A model generated the notes under the pieces. The model was not told where the DNA came from. It saw nothing but the letters and a program-made list of their open reading frames with translations, and did no database searches. Source: Lingula anatina (lineage: Eukaryota; Animalia; Brachiopoda). From it: 64,000 bases of DNA. The DNA lies in assembly GCA_051362555.1 (NCBI GenBank), contig CM120647.1:19258651-19322650 (forward strand). The letters run 5' to 3'. Below, in pieces: positions 40,071 to 54,100 of this stretch (position 1 is its first letter; every line of letters begins with the position of its first letter). The position numbers and the translations under genes are program-made.

Positions 40071-42060
40071 GTGCGACTTGTCAGCTTCTGAGTCATGGCA
40101 ATCTATAAGCTGGCAGTCTACATCTGGCGCACGCGCAGTCCGCTTATATGTACCGGTAGAATAGTTCTCGAGAATGGACTATGAACACAGTACGTGGACG
40201 TGAATTCCATATAAGGCTATCGGTTGATAATTTACGGTAAATACAAGTTATTGATTAATAGAATTAATCAAAAGATACAAACACCCATATCTTGATTAAG
40301 CTGCATTTCAATCAGATGACGCCAACCTTGTTCTGAGAACTGATGAAATGTTAACAGGCCTTTATAATCTAGTGACTTTGTCATACCTCGAAGGACAAGG
40401 AACGAACGTCAAGTGACAGTCAAAGACTTTGCCTTAGCGGCATTAACCAGCTGAGATTTCAGTGACATTGGTATACATCATAAGGTAAGACACCTTCACA
40501 ATCTTTGTACGGACATTTCCTGGTATTAGTGGGCTTATGGTCTCATTAAATGAGATCTGAAATTCCTTAAGATGAAGCAGATGCGACACACTAACGGTAT
40601 GCCTTGAACCGTGCATATGCTTCAAAGAACGTGTCCTGCTAATGATTTACATATCAACATACACAAACTGGGGTTTGGTATGTTAATATCGAGCTTACAA
40701 AATGCTTACAAATTTTTTTCTAGGTTTTTCTAGATAATGAGATAAAGTGCCCATTCTGTTAATTTCTAGTCGAAATATGACCTACCCTTCCTCTCGGTGT
40801 GTTAGGTGCAGACATGTACAGTGAGCAGAAAATATCTGTGGAAATAACATTTTCTGGGAAATAATGTAACAAAATACTGTGGTATTTATTTAAGTTACAC
40901 TATTTGAAAAACTATGGTGGGATTTGGTTAGGTTCAGTGACAATGATTTGATGTTTAATATTCTTAATCCTTTCTGAGACGTGTTAGAAATTACTAAACT
41001 TTTACAGACTGCTCATTCAGATTTTACAAGAACGATCATTTATGCATGTATGACCGGTCATATTCGCTCGGTTAAAATGCCTATGGCAAGAAAAGGTGAA
41101 ATTACTCGTTAAAAAATAATATTTCCCCCAAATCTTCAGCTACAGTGCGTGAACTGCGTATCTCACCGTCAGCTACTGAGTCATGACCAAACTAAGATAC
41201 CAGTGACGCATGCGCAAACCGCATACAGAAAGTTCTCGTGAATTGACTTTGAACATACATGTAGCACGTGAATTCCATATAAGGCTATCGGTGATGATTC
41301 ACGGCGTAAACAAGTTATTTCCATATAAAGCTAATCAAATAAACGCCAATGTCTTGATTAAGTTGCACTTCAATAAGATGACGCCATCCTTGTTCTGAGA
41401 ACTGATTTAATGTTAACAGGCCTTTATAATCTAGTGACTTTGTCATACCTTGAAGGACAAGGAACAAACGTCTAGCGACAGTCAAGGACTGCCTTAGCGC
41501 CATTAACCAGTTGAGATTTTAGTCGCATACCATCTGGTGTGAGCGGACATTGTGTGTTGCGATGCAATTCTTGTAATGGTTTTGTAAAAGTACAAATATA
41601 CAAAACCCATAAAACACAAAAGGGGACCAAGGATTTCTTATGCAAATACATATAATATGATGCTGCTGTCTGCTACTGAGTCATGGCCAATCTAATCTGC
41701 AAGTGACGCATGCGCAAACATGACTTTCATATTAGCCTAAACGTAGATGATTTGCGGTAAATACACGTCACTAATTAATAAAGGTAATCATTAAAGCACC
41801 CATGCCCCGATAAAGATTATTTGAAGCAGTTGACCCTTACCTTGTTCAGAGAATATAGGCCTTGCCTCAGCAGCGCCATAAAACAGTTGTTACACATTGT
41901 TTGCTGAGACGCCTTCACAAACTTTGTACAGGCATTTTGTGATGGTACAAATGGGTCAAGATATAATAGGATGTCTTGATAAAGTTGCACTTACATCAGG
42001 TGGCGCCAATCTTGTTCAGATATCTAATCAAAAGCCAAAAGGCCTAGAAATCTGGTGACT
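40071..42060. promoter_or_regulatory. Repeated promoter-like modules between divergent sulfotransferase 1 and exonuclease 1
   Basis: Homologous modules start at ~40071, ~41143 and ~41668. TGAGTCA at 40089, 41177, 41677; (G/A)CGCA(T/C)GCGCA motifs; TTCTCG(A/T)GAA at 40165 and 41233; ACGTG boxes. The regulatory role is inferred. Confidence 0.55.
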
Positions 42061-42306
42061 TCAGAAAATTTGAACAGGGATTCATAATAGAAATGAAAGT
42101 ATAGAGAATTTTCGCGCCAAACACTCATTTTTAACTAATTTTCTCGGGGTAAGCGCGTATTCCCTCGATTTAAAAATCTTAAATCTTCCTTTCCTGACAC
42201 TCGCTATAACTCTGTAATTTTTTAGTCAAATATACATTTGCTTCCTTTTATAACTTGCAGACCTATTTTTCTATTCCATATCGACAGGTCATCTCAGAAA
42301 TCCGTG

Positions 42307-43296
42307 ATGTCCAAAAGTAAGGATCCATCGGCTAGTTCACTTGGTGCACGTGGACCCAGGGCACATGGTGCCAGAGAGTACATGTACACTTTGGTTGACA
42401 CCAAGGAGCGCTTAGATTCAGCCCTAGAAACCCTGCGAAGCGTGAGTAAAGAAGGCCCGAATCTTGCTGTCGATGGTCATGGCTTTGAATATTCCAGAAA
42501 AGGAAAGCTGTGTTTAATTGCCATCGCGAAAAGAGATCACGTGTTCCTGTTTGATATCATCAAGCTCGGGGAGCTCGTTTTTGATCGCGGGCTGCGCGAG
42601 ATTCTCGAGGATCCCACTCGCGAAAAGTTGATGTTCGACTGCCGCGAGGATTCCGATATCCTTTGGCATAAACACCACGTGAAACTTGACGGTGTCCTAG
42701 ATATACAGCTTTTGCAAGTTATGCATAACAGAGGAAAAAACAACCCGATTTCGTCGCCAGTCAGTCGAAAACGCGCTCGAAAACAAACTGTAGAAGAAAC
42801 CTGCGAAAGGGTAATTGGTTTGACGAGTTGCCTTGAAAATGAAAAAATAATTAATTCCGACGATGTCGAAAGAAGGCAACATTTTGAGAATAGCTTTTGC
42901 CAAGATCTCAAAAGATGGACCAATAGACCCATCGACAAGGATACGAACAGGTACGCATGCGAGTGTGTTTCAATGCTTTTTGCGCTGTACGACAAAATGA
43001 GATCGGAAAACATAACTCAGCTGAAAGAAGCATCTGGGCGTTACGTTGACCTCAAGCGTTCGATATCCCGTCGCAGATATGACGATTTTGAGGGAAATTC
43101 ATACCTGCCGCTAAATATAATACCGTATACAGAATGTGATTTAGATGAAGACCATAAGTGTGAGCTCTGCCAAAGGCACTTTCCATCTGAAGCGTTAATG
43201 GGCAATAGAATTAAAAAGTGCAAGGTTTGTTTTCAGATGGAAAAGGAAAAAATTAGGAAAATTAGGAAGGAAGAAAGGAAATCACAAGAACGATGA
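42307..43296 (+). CDS. EXD1/Egalitarian-like DEDDy 3'-5' exonuclease-domain protein with C4 zinc finger, copy 1 (catalytic acids substituted)
   Basis: Single coding exon, 329 aa from MSKSK. AVDGHG (ExoI E replaced by H), FDCREDSDIL, DIQLL, WTNRP, YACEC (ExoIII D replaced by C); CELC..CKVC. Probable 5'UTR intron 42149-42287. Confidence 0.88.
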   Translation: MSKSKDPSASSLGARGPRAHGAREYMYTLVDTKERLDSALETLRSVSKEGPNLAVDGHGFEYSRKGKLCLIAIAKRDHVFLFDIIKLGELVFDRGLREILEDPTREKLMFDCREDSDILWHKHHVKLDGVLDIQLLQVMHNRGKNNPISSPVSRKRARKQTVEETCERVIGLTSCLENEKIINSDDVERRQHFENSFCQDLKRWTNRPIDKDTNRYACECVSMLFALYDKMRSENITQLKEASGRYVDLKRSISRRRYDDFEGNSYLPLNIIPYTECDLDEDHKCELCQRHFPSEALMGNRIKKCKVCFQMEKEKIRKIRKEERKSQER

Positions 43297-43748
43297 CAGT
43301 TATTATGGTTACATGCATATGTTACGCTAAAAAAGACGTATTTTTAGAGCACCATGATGTATGTGCTAATAGCATTTTTATACGACGTTTGAAAGGTTGA
43401 GCAATTTAGAAAATATCCAAAATTTTGAAAAATTAAGTCGTTTGGATGGTAATTATTTCACTCTTGTCGATACATCTGCCTTTGTTAATATGTATGCATA
43501 TTCATCTGACAAACCTATCACGAATTTATAGGTTTTCCATATATTTGCCGTCATTGCACATGCACATGTAGATATAGCAGGTACAGAAAACGCAACAAGA
43601 TTAGGTAGAACTTAAAGGTACACTTCATGTGTTTGAAATTCCCCATGTGCTTTTTTTACCATCCACAGCTTCTTAAAAAACTTAAAACACACCAAAAACG
43701 AGTTTACTTTTCTTAGATCCTGTGTGCCATATGTCCATCGTTGTGTCT

Positions 43749-43914
43749 CAGGCCTGTAGCCAGCAATTTCAAAAGGGGGGTTCTTTTTCTGAAAAAGTGG
43801 ACCTTTTCTCATAAAAAAACTTCATGTACCTAGATCAAATTTCACCCAGAGTGGATATTTTCCCATCAAAAGGGGCGGTTCTTTCGAAACCCCCCCCCCC
43901 CGGCTACGGGCCTG
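43749..43914. mobile_element. MITE with CAGG..CCTG termini and 5-bp TSD TGTCT
   Basis: CAGGCCTGTAGCC / GGCTACGGGCCTG, with TGTCT immediately on both sides. Related partial copies at ~6144-6297 and ~57020-57145. Confidence 0.75.
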
Positions 43915-44197
43915 TGTCTATATAACGAAATTATCAAGAAAAGGCCTAACGTATGGGACTGTATTCTTACATGGGTTAAAGGTTTGTTTAACTGTTTTTA
44001 TTTAATACATGCACTTCACTAGATATTATATTTGTGTTCTTCTAGTGTATTAAGGTTGATGAAAGTAATTATATGGAATATTAGTATGCTTTCATTTTTG
44101 TCCAAAATATGGATATGTTTAAAAAACGAATGTATGGTCAAATGTATGTGGATGTAACGAATGTTATGAATGTATAAATCTGAGAGATGACAGTCTT

Positions 44198-44274
<77 letters not shown>

Positions 44275-45143
44275 TTTTTTACTGATATGAAAATACATTT
44301 AGTAAGCGTTAATAAATCTATACCATTTAGGATTATTGTTTTTACTTTTGTTGGGTTATCAAGCCACTATAATTGTGGCCAAAGTATGCATATAGTACTA
44401 TACAGATCAGCCGAAGTCTCCTTTTTACGTTTTTCTTCCATACTGCAGCGATCTGTTGACAACTGACAGGTGTTAGCAATACCTTAATGCAATTTGAAGA
44501 TGGTGGTCGTAGTCTGAGTTTGATTACTGGTATAACTGTAAAGTTTATTTCGAAGGCACTTTCTAGCCTTCGGCAATTTGCGTAAAACTTCGGCATGTGT
44601 GACAGATATCATATTTATTGTCAATTAAACGATTCCTACACAATCACTTTTTATTTTATTTTTTAATGTTAAAGTCACAAATATTTTATTCAGGGCAATT
44701 GTCGAAATAAGACTTTCACGCAGAATATAGTATAAATAGAGATTCTATAAATCGTGAATACTAATCTCTTATAATGGTTCAATGACTTAGACGGGTATCA
44801 GCTAGATTCTTGTAATTTCACGTTGGGGAAAATACAGCAACTTGAGCAGGCGCATCCATTTTATTATTGTCAAAGATGTTTTTCAGATGCAAGTATAAGC
44901 AGAGCAGTAAAAACACAAAACTTTCTTGTTTGAGCTATACTTACTTATTTACTTGATCATTGGGGAGATTTAAAATATAAAACCTTATTTCACGCCGTTT
45001 GATATTTCACTCACAGTTTATAATGAAGAACTAATACCCTGCAGGGAAACCAAAAAAATTTGCCTTCTGAGAAATACGAGAAGGAAAAAATGTAAGGGTT
45101 AATTATTCCGAAGCTGAAGGAGTGGGGCAGAGGCACGTGACCC

Positions 45144-45930
45144 TCTTGTTTCGATGATCATTCGCCCCGCCATGGTCAAATCTTCGTCCTCCGGGGACAT
45201 TCGCTCTTTGGGTCCATGTTTATTCGATTCAGGCCTGTAGGGTACGAGCATTGATAAGAGGTGCGTATGGACGAGTGGAAGATTACATTGCTGAATCACA
45301 TCTTCTTACGCTCTTTGCTTATCAGTAACAGTATTTATGGTAAGTTTAAAAACGAAAGAAATATCGAATGTTTGTCTTCAACATTCTAAGACATTCACGC
45401 CGTAAGGCTAGATTTTATGTATGATGTAAATCAGCTTAAGATGATCAATGTAATTTTTTCCTGAATCGCTGCGTCCATCGCGGTAGTTGTGACGCGGGTC
45501 ATCTGTGAGACTTGTCTGATCGCGGTTGATGACGTAGCTGTTGCTAATATCGCTGGCACAGTTTACCGACAGATTTACATGTAGGGCACTGCATGTATCA
45601 AGAATGAAAGGGGGGGGGGGGGGAGCACGCTCCGTCGTTATCTTGATTTGACGAACCTTAAATACCACACCAAACCTCCGAGTCTCACAAAATTATAAAT
45701 AATAATAAGAAGAAAAAAGACAAAATCGGGCCATTATTTTTACAGAAATTTAATAATATAAACAGTTGCAGCATATGCCAGTCAAAGGAAAAAAACGCCA
45801 ACTCTGCAATAAAGATGAGAAATATACATCTGTAACAAGTAGGGGTATCGACGCACAAATCTAGCGAATCTTCATACACGTTGAAGGTTTCATTTCACCT
45901 CGAAGAAGAATGAAAACATAAACTTTTCTC
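45144..45930 (-). pseudogene. Truncated sulfotransferase copy (deleted first coding exon plus upstream flank)
   Basis: 45144-45300 matches the first coding exon (EDEDLTMAGRMIIETR) with a ~120-bp internal deletion and no downstream exons. 45300-45930 is homologous to ~38140-38790 and ~50340-50970. Confidence 0.85.
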
Positions 45931-46132
45931 TTCTTTACTATAGAAATTATTATGAAAGTGAAAGTGCAAAAGTGCGACAGTATTATCAAATTTTAACATC
46001 TTGTCAAAAAAAAGGAACAAACTGTTCTAATGTTACTATCTACGTGTCTGATTAGAGTGCTAGAACTATAGTTTTAAAATTGTTAAAACAATGTAATAAT
46101 GCTAAAATGAAGTAGCATTATATTCGACCTTC

Positions 46133-49100
46133 TCAACATCGAACTTCAGAAAACTCTATGTACTCATTAAAATAATCAAGAATATATTCTTTTGTCAGTT
46201 GATATCTCTCCAAAGAATGCTGATGTCGGCCATATTTGTTCTGTGGATTGTCTTTGATGTAAGCCGCCATTATGGCTTCTCCTTCTGCGGTTAATTCCAA
46301 CCCGAAGCGGTCGTAGATTCTCTTCACGACATTCAAGGGGTCTTTGACAATATCACTATAGGCAATATCACAGAAGCGGTGTTCTTCTTCTGGATGTGAC
46401 TTTCTGAATGCCATCATGTTCAACCCACTGTGGAACAGTGGAATAGCCACCATATTCTCACCGATCTTTTTCAAGTCAAGGCTCGCTGGATCGTATGCAA
46501 GACCTTTGTACGTCGCGGCCATCGAGCAGAGAGAAGCGATAGTTTCGCAGGGGTCGCGGTAGGTGTGGATGAAGGTGGCGTCCGGATACACTTTCAAAAT
46601 GGCGTCCAGATAGAGACTGTGGGTTGACTCTTTAAAAACAAGTTGCTTGTTGGTGTCATCTGGAAAATAGATTATAATTTTTTTTCAAATTGATAATGGG
46701 ATGGCTTTAATGGCTGTATACACTTTGAAGATTATATGCCAATGAGGAGTCAATGAGCAGAACCAAGCCAAAGAGTGTCGAAAGAAACGATTTGTTTCGA
46801 TTTCCTGATCAAATCTATGGTATATAGACTAAATATCGGGCCTCATATCATTTTCTTTACGTGTACTTGATTGTCATAATATCTCTACCAGGGGGTCTTG
46901 TGGAATATTTATAAAACTGTGCACGTGTCTAGTATGAGGAGGCGACAACAACACAGACGACCCCTTGCTTACTACCAGTCAAACCTCATCTACATTGTAG
47001 TACCAAGAATTCAGTCTCGACTATTTATCTATTACAATTGATAACAGTTGTTGTGAATTGCAAAAACGAATCACTTAAATAAAATCCGGAACTAATTCCA
47101 CCACCCTATTACTATCTAATTTCTATGTCCATCAAAATTTAACCTTTATGCTGACTTTGATAAATCTCTCCGCTGTTCAACTAAAAAACATTGTTCTTTG
47201 GAAGTTTACTGACTAAACTTTGGCTAATGAAATTACAGTTATTATTCACCCAATCAATGACCTAAGCTGCCATAATATTTGGATGGCACAAAGTATGAAG
47301 TTAAAAAACTTTTAAATCAGTAAAGGAATTGCCTAACCGGTTTATTTGAAAAGACAATGCCCAAAGTCAACACATAACTCAATTTGGAGAAAATAATGAA
47401 AATTAAAGAATTTTGTGGTGAGGGGATACTGCAAAAGTGCTCAAAGACAAAGTCGATAAATATCAGGCATTTTTCTGAATCTATTTGAAAACATACCTGA
47501 ACCCCGGGAGAGGAGAATGAGCTGAATCTGCAATTTATGAAAACGGTAGGCGTCTTCCTTTTCTTCCTCACTCAGCGAGCTGAGCCAGGCTAGGTACTCC
47601 TCTGGGTGATTGGCCAAGAAAGTATTCGCCTTGAATATCCCGCAGTTGTCCATCAGACGGTAGCACTCGTAGGGGTTGTCTGCCACGATATTATGCATGG
47701 CCTTGACCTTTGGGACTGCCTCGTACATCTGGGCTGGAATAAAAGGTGCATGTTCTTAAAATGGTATGTAGACAAGTTGATTGCTTATTTGTTTTTAACC
47801 ATCTATGTATAGTTCATGTATTGTAACTGAGGCCACTGTGTCACCGCTAATGTGTTTTATTATCATTCTTTATTTATTTCTTTTATGAACAGGTGAATAA
47901 ATTAAAAACGATATTTTGGATAGTAATTTCAGATCTGTGTTCGTTAAATTGTTATCGCAATTTTTCAGTAATAGACAAGTAAACAGTGGTTAAATATGGA
48001 AATGTTGTTCACTGAAGAAGACATGTACTTTTCTCTATATACATGTATGCTGTGCGCATCAAACCTTTATACAGCAAATTTCCCTTTTTCGCCAAAAATG
48101 ACTTAAGTCAATTGATTAAGTCAGTAACGTGTGCATTCATTGGTCTTTAAATTAAATTACATATAGGTGAAAATGGAAGAGATATTGGATACAATATGTG
48201 CAATGTATTTTTTCTTTTCCTTAAGTGAATAAAATATACGCTGTACAGTCAGCAACTTTCAAAGTGGGAATCCTCCCGTAACAACGTGAACATTTAACCC
48301 TCTTTTTCGACCCAACTTGAGAAAGGGCATGGAATCTATATAGTTTTTTTTTTTTACCAAAAGTGCCGTTTTTAAAAACCTCGAACCACCCCCCTTACCC
48401 CTCGCCTTATACATGTACAATGAAACCTTACTTAAGGCTTTGCGTTCCGCCTCCACGCGGGGATCCTCCCTTTCTATCAGTATGGGTGTTTCTACCACCG
48501 GATGCATCGTCTCGTAGTACCTGGGGGAGGTATTGTTGGGATCCTGATACAGAAGATTCAGCAGGAAGGTCGTCCCGGTGCGGCATGGTCCGATGATGAA
48601 AATAGGTCTCTGTATTGGACACTACGAAGACAAAAGAAAATTGTCATAGTAGGCCTAATATTGCTCGTAAAATATTTTGAATTTAGAATAAAAGACGGCT
48701 GTATACCACGTCCGGTCCTTACACAATACTGCCTCGACAGTATTCGTTTTCTTCCACGGAAGCACTCTAAGTTTCTTGTTCTGTGTTTATTTCACCATTA
48801 TGAAATTATTCGACTCAGAAAAGGCAACTTTATGGTTTTGAAATAAACTGTTTTTCTCAAAGCAGTATTTATTTTATACCAATAAAGAACAGTATGAGTG
48901 CGACAGTCTACACGAAATGTTCGTGTCACAACCCCCCCCCCCCCCCCCCCCCCCCCAGTGTAAATAAGCGGAAAGTCCGTGAAGCAGAGAGTCTTCTCTC
49001 CGTTAGATTCATAGAGGTCAGGAACAGCGTGATGTAATTGTGTCAAACTTTAGGCCGAGGCTTATTTGTACAAATAAATGGATCGGATCGTATCACAGGC

Positions 49101-50263
49101 ACTCTCTCTCGTACCGGTACACGCATATCTCATCGGTATATTATTTTTGGTTTGAGGCATTCTTTAAAGGTACATACGAACCGAGCATCGGTGGAGCGTA
49201 GATTCTCAATAACGCATGTAAACCACTTCTACTAGTTTCTTAAACGACTTAAACTGAATAGATCACTTGATCAGCCATAAAAAAGCTTTAGACTGCTCCT
49301 TTCTTTAAATTTTTGGTCGGAAATTTAACCTACTTTCGTGACCTACTTTTCTGCCACATTGACATACAGCATAGAATGCTAGCAGAAAAATCTGTTGAAA
49401 CATCATTTTCGGGTAAAATAAAACAATGCCTTTTGGTAATTTTCTTAGTTATACTACTTGAAACTATATGCTGGTATTTGGTTGGTTTTTGTGACAAAAA
49501 ATTGACTTTGTATGCATCTTTAAAATAGCATTTAACTTTTATCTAACACAAACATTGCTTTTTTTATCTCGCATGCAGCAGTAAGTGCCCTCGTTATGTC
49601 TGTAATCGTGGATTAAGTAGCCTTACAGCTATACTGAAATGCGTTCACAGGTTACTGTCTGCATATTATTTGACGTTTGTCTTTTTAGGCTAGGTCAAAC
49701 CGACATCTGGGTTAATACGAAAAAAGCTTTATAAAGTAAAGCGTGTTTGAAGTAAAATTGGGCTGTTACGGAATTTGCCTATACGACAACCTATGGGGCC
49801 CTATGGGGTGTCCTACAGGGCCGTCCTATAGGACTAATATGTCCTTTGAGGCCTTATAGGTTTTCGGGCCGATTTCCTACAGCGTCCTATTGAAAATTTA
49901 CGTTAGGGTGTCTAACATTTTTTGTTTGCATTCCGAGTTTGACTCTTCACATCTTAATGTCTCCTAATTCAATTACACGCTGCATTTGTCACCCAAGTAA
50001 AATACCTTAGATACATCAACGAGAGGCAGTTTCCCGGCAATGGCCAGCCGGTTCTGGAGGACCTCTGTCCATCTTGTTTCGATGATCATTCTCCCCGCCA
50101 TGGTCAAATTTTCGTCCTCGCGGTAACATTTCAGTAACGTGGCCCAGCCCTTGTACCACCATTTCCCGGGGAGGTTGTCGGACAGCAGGCGGCTACGGTC
50201 CTCGGGGGAGAGTTTGGCCAACAGGCTTTCCTCTGTTAGAGGACAACCGCTATTTGGGTCCAT
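46133..50263 (-). CDS. Sulfotransferase (Sulfotransfer_3, bacterial-type family), copy 2, ~403 aa
   Basis: Exons 50263-50006, 48621-48432, 47733-47497, 46659-46133 (1212 nt), same intron positions as copy 1. PIFIIGPCRTGTTFL and FIHTYRDPCETIAS. An alternative in-frame ATG lies at 50269. Confidence 0.9.
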
Positions 50264-50970
50264 GTTCATTTGGTTCAGGCCTGGAGGGCACGAGTATGGG
50301 TAAGGGGTGCGTATGGACGAGTGGAAGATTTTTGCTGAATCACATTCACCGCTTTTCACATAACAGTGGCAGTATTTACCGTGAGTTTAAGAGCAAAAAA
50401 GGTCAAATGTTTGTCTTCAACATTCTAAGACATTTATATGGTATATCATGTGGTTAGATTATATGTATGCTCAGTTTAGATGGTGTAATTTTTTTCCGTC
50501 TGTTCCATTGTATTTGTATCACTCGTGTGATCGCTGTTGATGACGTCGCTGATACCGATATCGCTGACACAGTTTACCGGCGGATCGACATGTAGGGCAC
50601 TGTACGTATCAAGAAGAAATGGGTTGGGGGAAGGGGGGGGGGGGCACGCTCGGTCGTTATTTTGATTGCTTGATGAAACTTAAATTCACTTATATGCGAC
50701 GAACCTTTTAACACCACACCAGACCTCCAAGACCCATAAAATTATAAATAAAAATAAGAAAAAAAGCCATCACTTTTATAGTAGTTTAATAAAATGACCA
50801 CATGCAGCATATGACGGCAAAAGAAACAAAAATACCACCTATGCGATAAAAATGCGAGGTATACATATGTTACAAATAGAAGCACCAACACTAAAATCTA
50901 GCCATTCTATATACACGTTGAAGGTTTCATTTCATCTCGAAGAAACAAGATGAAAATTCCAAGTTTTCTC

Positions 50971-51011
<41 letters not shown>

Positions 51012-51190
51012 TTTTTTTATTATTATTATTATTATTTTATGGCATAGACAATGACATCTCAGTCAATAATCACAACAAAAGTTATTTATTGAAATGACCT
51101 GAAATGATGCCTCAAATCAAATGAATATGACATATGAAAAGGTGACGTGTCTGGTAAGAAAAAGATTCGTTTCCCCCAGGTTTAAGGCTA

Positions 51191-54100
51191 CAGTGTGCGA
51201 CTTGTCAGCTACTGAGTCATGACAATCTATAAGCTGGCAGTCTACATCTGGCGCACGCGCAGTCTGCTTATATGTAGAATAGTTCTCGAGAATGGACTAT
51301 GAACTCAGCACGTGGACGTGAATTCCATATAAGGTTATCGGTTGATGATTTACGGTAAATACAAGTTATTTATTTCAAAAAATAAAAGAAAAAAACACCC
51401 ATATTTTGATTAAGCTGCACTTCAATAAGATGACGCCAACCTTGTTATGAGAACTGATGAAATGTTAACAGGCCTTTACAATCTAGTGACTTTGTCTTAC
51501 CTTGAAGGACAAGGAACAAACGTCAAGTGACAGTCAAAGACTTTGCCTTAGCGCCATTACGGAAAAAATACTTGAAAATTTCCTAGGTCTCGTAAATTTC
51601 GTCGGAAACGATTTTTCGCTGACGTAATTTTTTCACTTTGAAAATTTCGTCAAACTTGAAAATGAGCCTCTCGATAATTTTTGAAAAGTTCGTCACCTAA
51701 TATAGCCGCGTTGTCCAGCTCAAACGTCAGTTGCTTCAAGAAAATAATACGATCATAATATCATTGACGATAACACTCTCAATGGGAGATAAGAACAATA
51801 GTGCGCCCCTGCGAGCGGCTACTTACTATATAGAAAATTCTGTTCGCATAAGATCATCAGCGGGAGATCTTTTGCGATCCGAGCGAGACGAAAAGGCAAT
51901 TTTCATATCTTCATCGGGAGATCGTTCACGATGTAAGCAAAAATAAAATGCATATTTTATTCATATTAGTTCAAGGGACTTAGGAACTTCGTTCGCGGAA
52001 GATCGTCAGCGGGAAACCCTTCCCCAATTTGAATTTTTTAAATAATATATATTTTTCATTTTATCTTTAATAACCCCCTTCCCCGCTCACGGCATTTGGA
52101 AAAGGTGGACTCCCTTAGTACAGAAAGTTCTCGAGAATCGAGTTTGAACATAGCACGCACGTGGACATCAATTCCATATAAGGCTATTGGTTTATGACTT
52201 TCCGTGAATACAAGTTATATACTAATAAGAACAATCAAAAGACACAAACACCCATATCTTGATAAGGCTGCATTTCAATCATATGGCGCCAACCTTGTTC
52301 TGAGAACTGATGTAAAGATAACAGGCCTTTATAATCTAGTGACTTGGTTATACCTTGAAGGACAAGAGCGAACGTCTAGTGACAGTCAGCTGAGATTTCA
52401 GTGGCATTGATTTACATTATAAGGTGAGACACCTTCACAACTTTTATATAAGCATTTCCTGGTATTAGTGGGGCTGAAATAAGATTTTAAATTGAATAAG
52501 CTACGATCAAGCACATGCGATACACTCTCGTTATGTCTTGAACAGTGCATATACTACAGAAAGCGTGTCCTGCTATGATTTACATATACACCTTAGAGTT
52601 CGGTATGTTAATATCGAGCTTTAATAAATACGTCCTTTTCGCTGGGTCTGGAAGTTAAGGAGCTCAAGTGTACATTCTTTAAATTTCTAGTCGAATTTTG
52701 ACTTATCTTTAATCCTTCAGTGTTTTAGGGGCAGACAAGTACAGTAAGCTGGAGATATCGGTGCAAATAATATTTCCCTGGATATCATTTAACAAAATAC
52801 TGCGGTATTTCTTAAAGCTTACTTAAAAAAGAGAGACTTATTAAAAATTGTTAAACTTTGACAGACTGCTCATTCAGATTTTACAAGAATAATCAATCAT
52901 GCATATATGTGGCATACAGAAGGGTAACATTACGAGTTTAGAAACACTAGTTTGCCCCAACTGTTCGGCTACAGTGTGTGAACTGCGCATTTCGCCATCA
53001 ACTGAATCATGACGCAAGTGACGCATGCGCAAACCGCATATCATACGTGGACGTGAATTCCATATCAGCCTTTATGTCGATGATTTTCTATGAATAAAAG
53101 TTACTTATTAATAAAATTAATCATAAACACATCCATTTATGATTAAGCTGTACTTAAATCAGCTGACGCCCACATTGTTCAGAAAACTGGCCAAAATCCA
53201 AAACCCAACAGGCTTATATAATCTAGTGGCTTTGTCATACCTTGAAGGACAAGGAACGTCAAGTGCCAGTCAAAGATTTTGTCTTAGCGCTAAAAACCAG
53301 TTGAGATTTCAGTGGCATTGATATACATCATTAGGTGAGGCACATTCACAACCTTTAAATAGGCATTTCGTGGTATTAGTGGGGCTAAAATAAAATTTCA
53401 AATTGAATAAGCTACGATCAAGCAGATGCGATACACTCTCGTTATGTCTTAAACAGTGCATATACTACAGAAAGCGTGTCCTGCTATGATTTACATATAC
53501 ACCTTAGAGTTCGGTATGTTAATATCGAGCTTTAATAAATACGTCCTTTTCGCTGGGTCTGGAAGTTAAGGAGCTCAAGTGTACATTCTTTAAATTTCTA
53601 GTCGAATTTTGACTTATCTTTCCTTCAGTGTTTTAGGGGCAGACAAGTACAGTAAGGTGGAGATATCGGTGCAAATAATATTTTCCAGGATATAATTTAA
53701 CAAAATACTGCGGTATTTCTTAAAGCTTAATATTTAAAAAAACTATGGCGGCATTTGGTAAAGTTCAGTGGCAATGATTTGCTATTTGTTATAACATTTT
53801 CTGGAGAATAATGTAACAAAATACTGCGATATTTCTTTACGTTATACTATTTGAAAAACTAAAGTGGCATTTGATTAGGTTCAGTGGCAATGATTTGATA
53901 TTTGTTATTCTTAATTGTTTCTGAGACGCATTTGAAATTATTTAACTTTGACAGAGTGCCCATTCAGATTTAATTTTACAAGAATGATCATTGCGTTTAA
54001 AACAATAGTTTCCGCCAACTGTTCGGCTACAGTGCGTGAAATGCGCATCTCGCTGTCTACTGCTGAGTCATGATCCATTTGAGTTGCAAGAGACGCAAGC

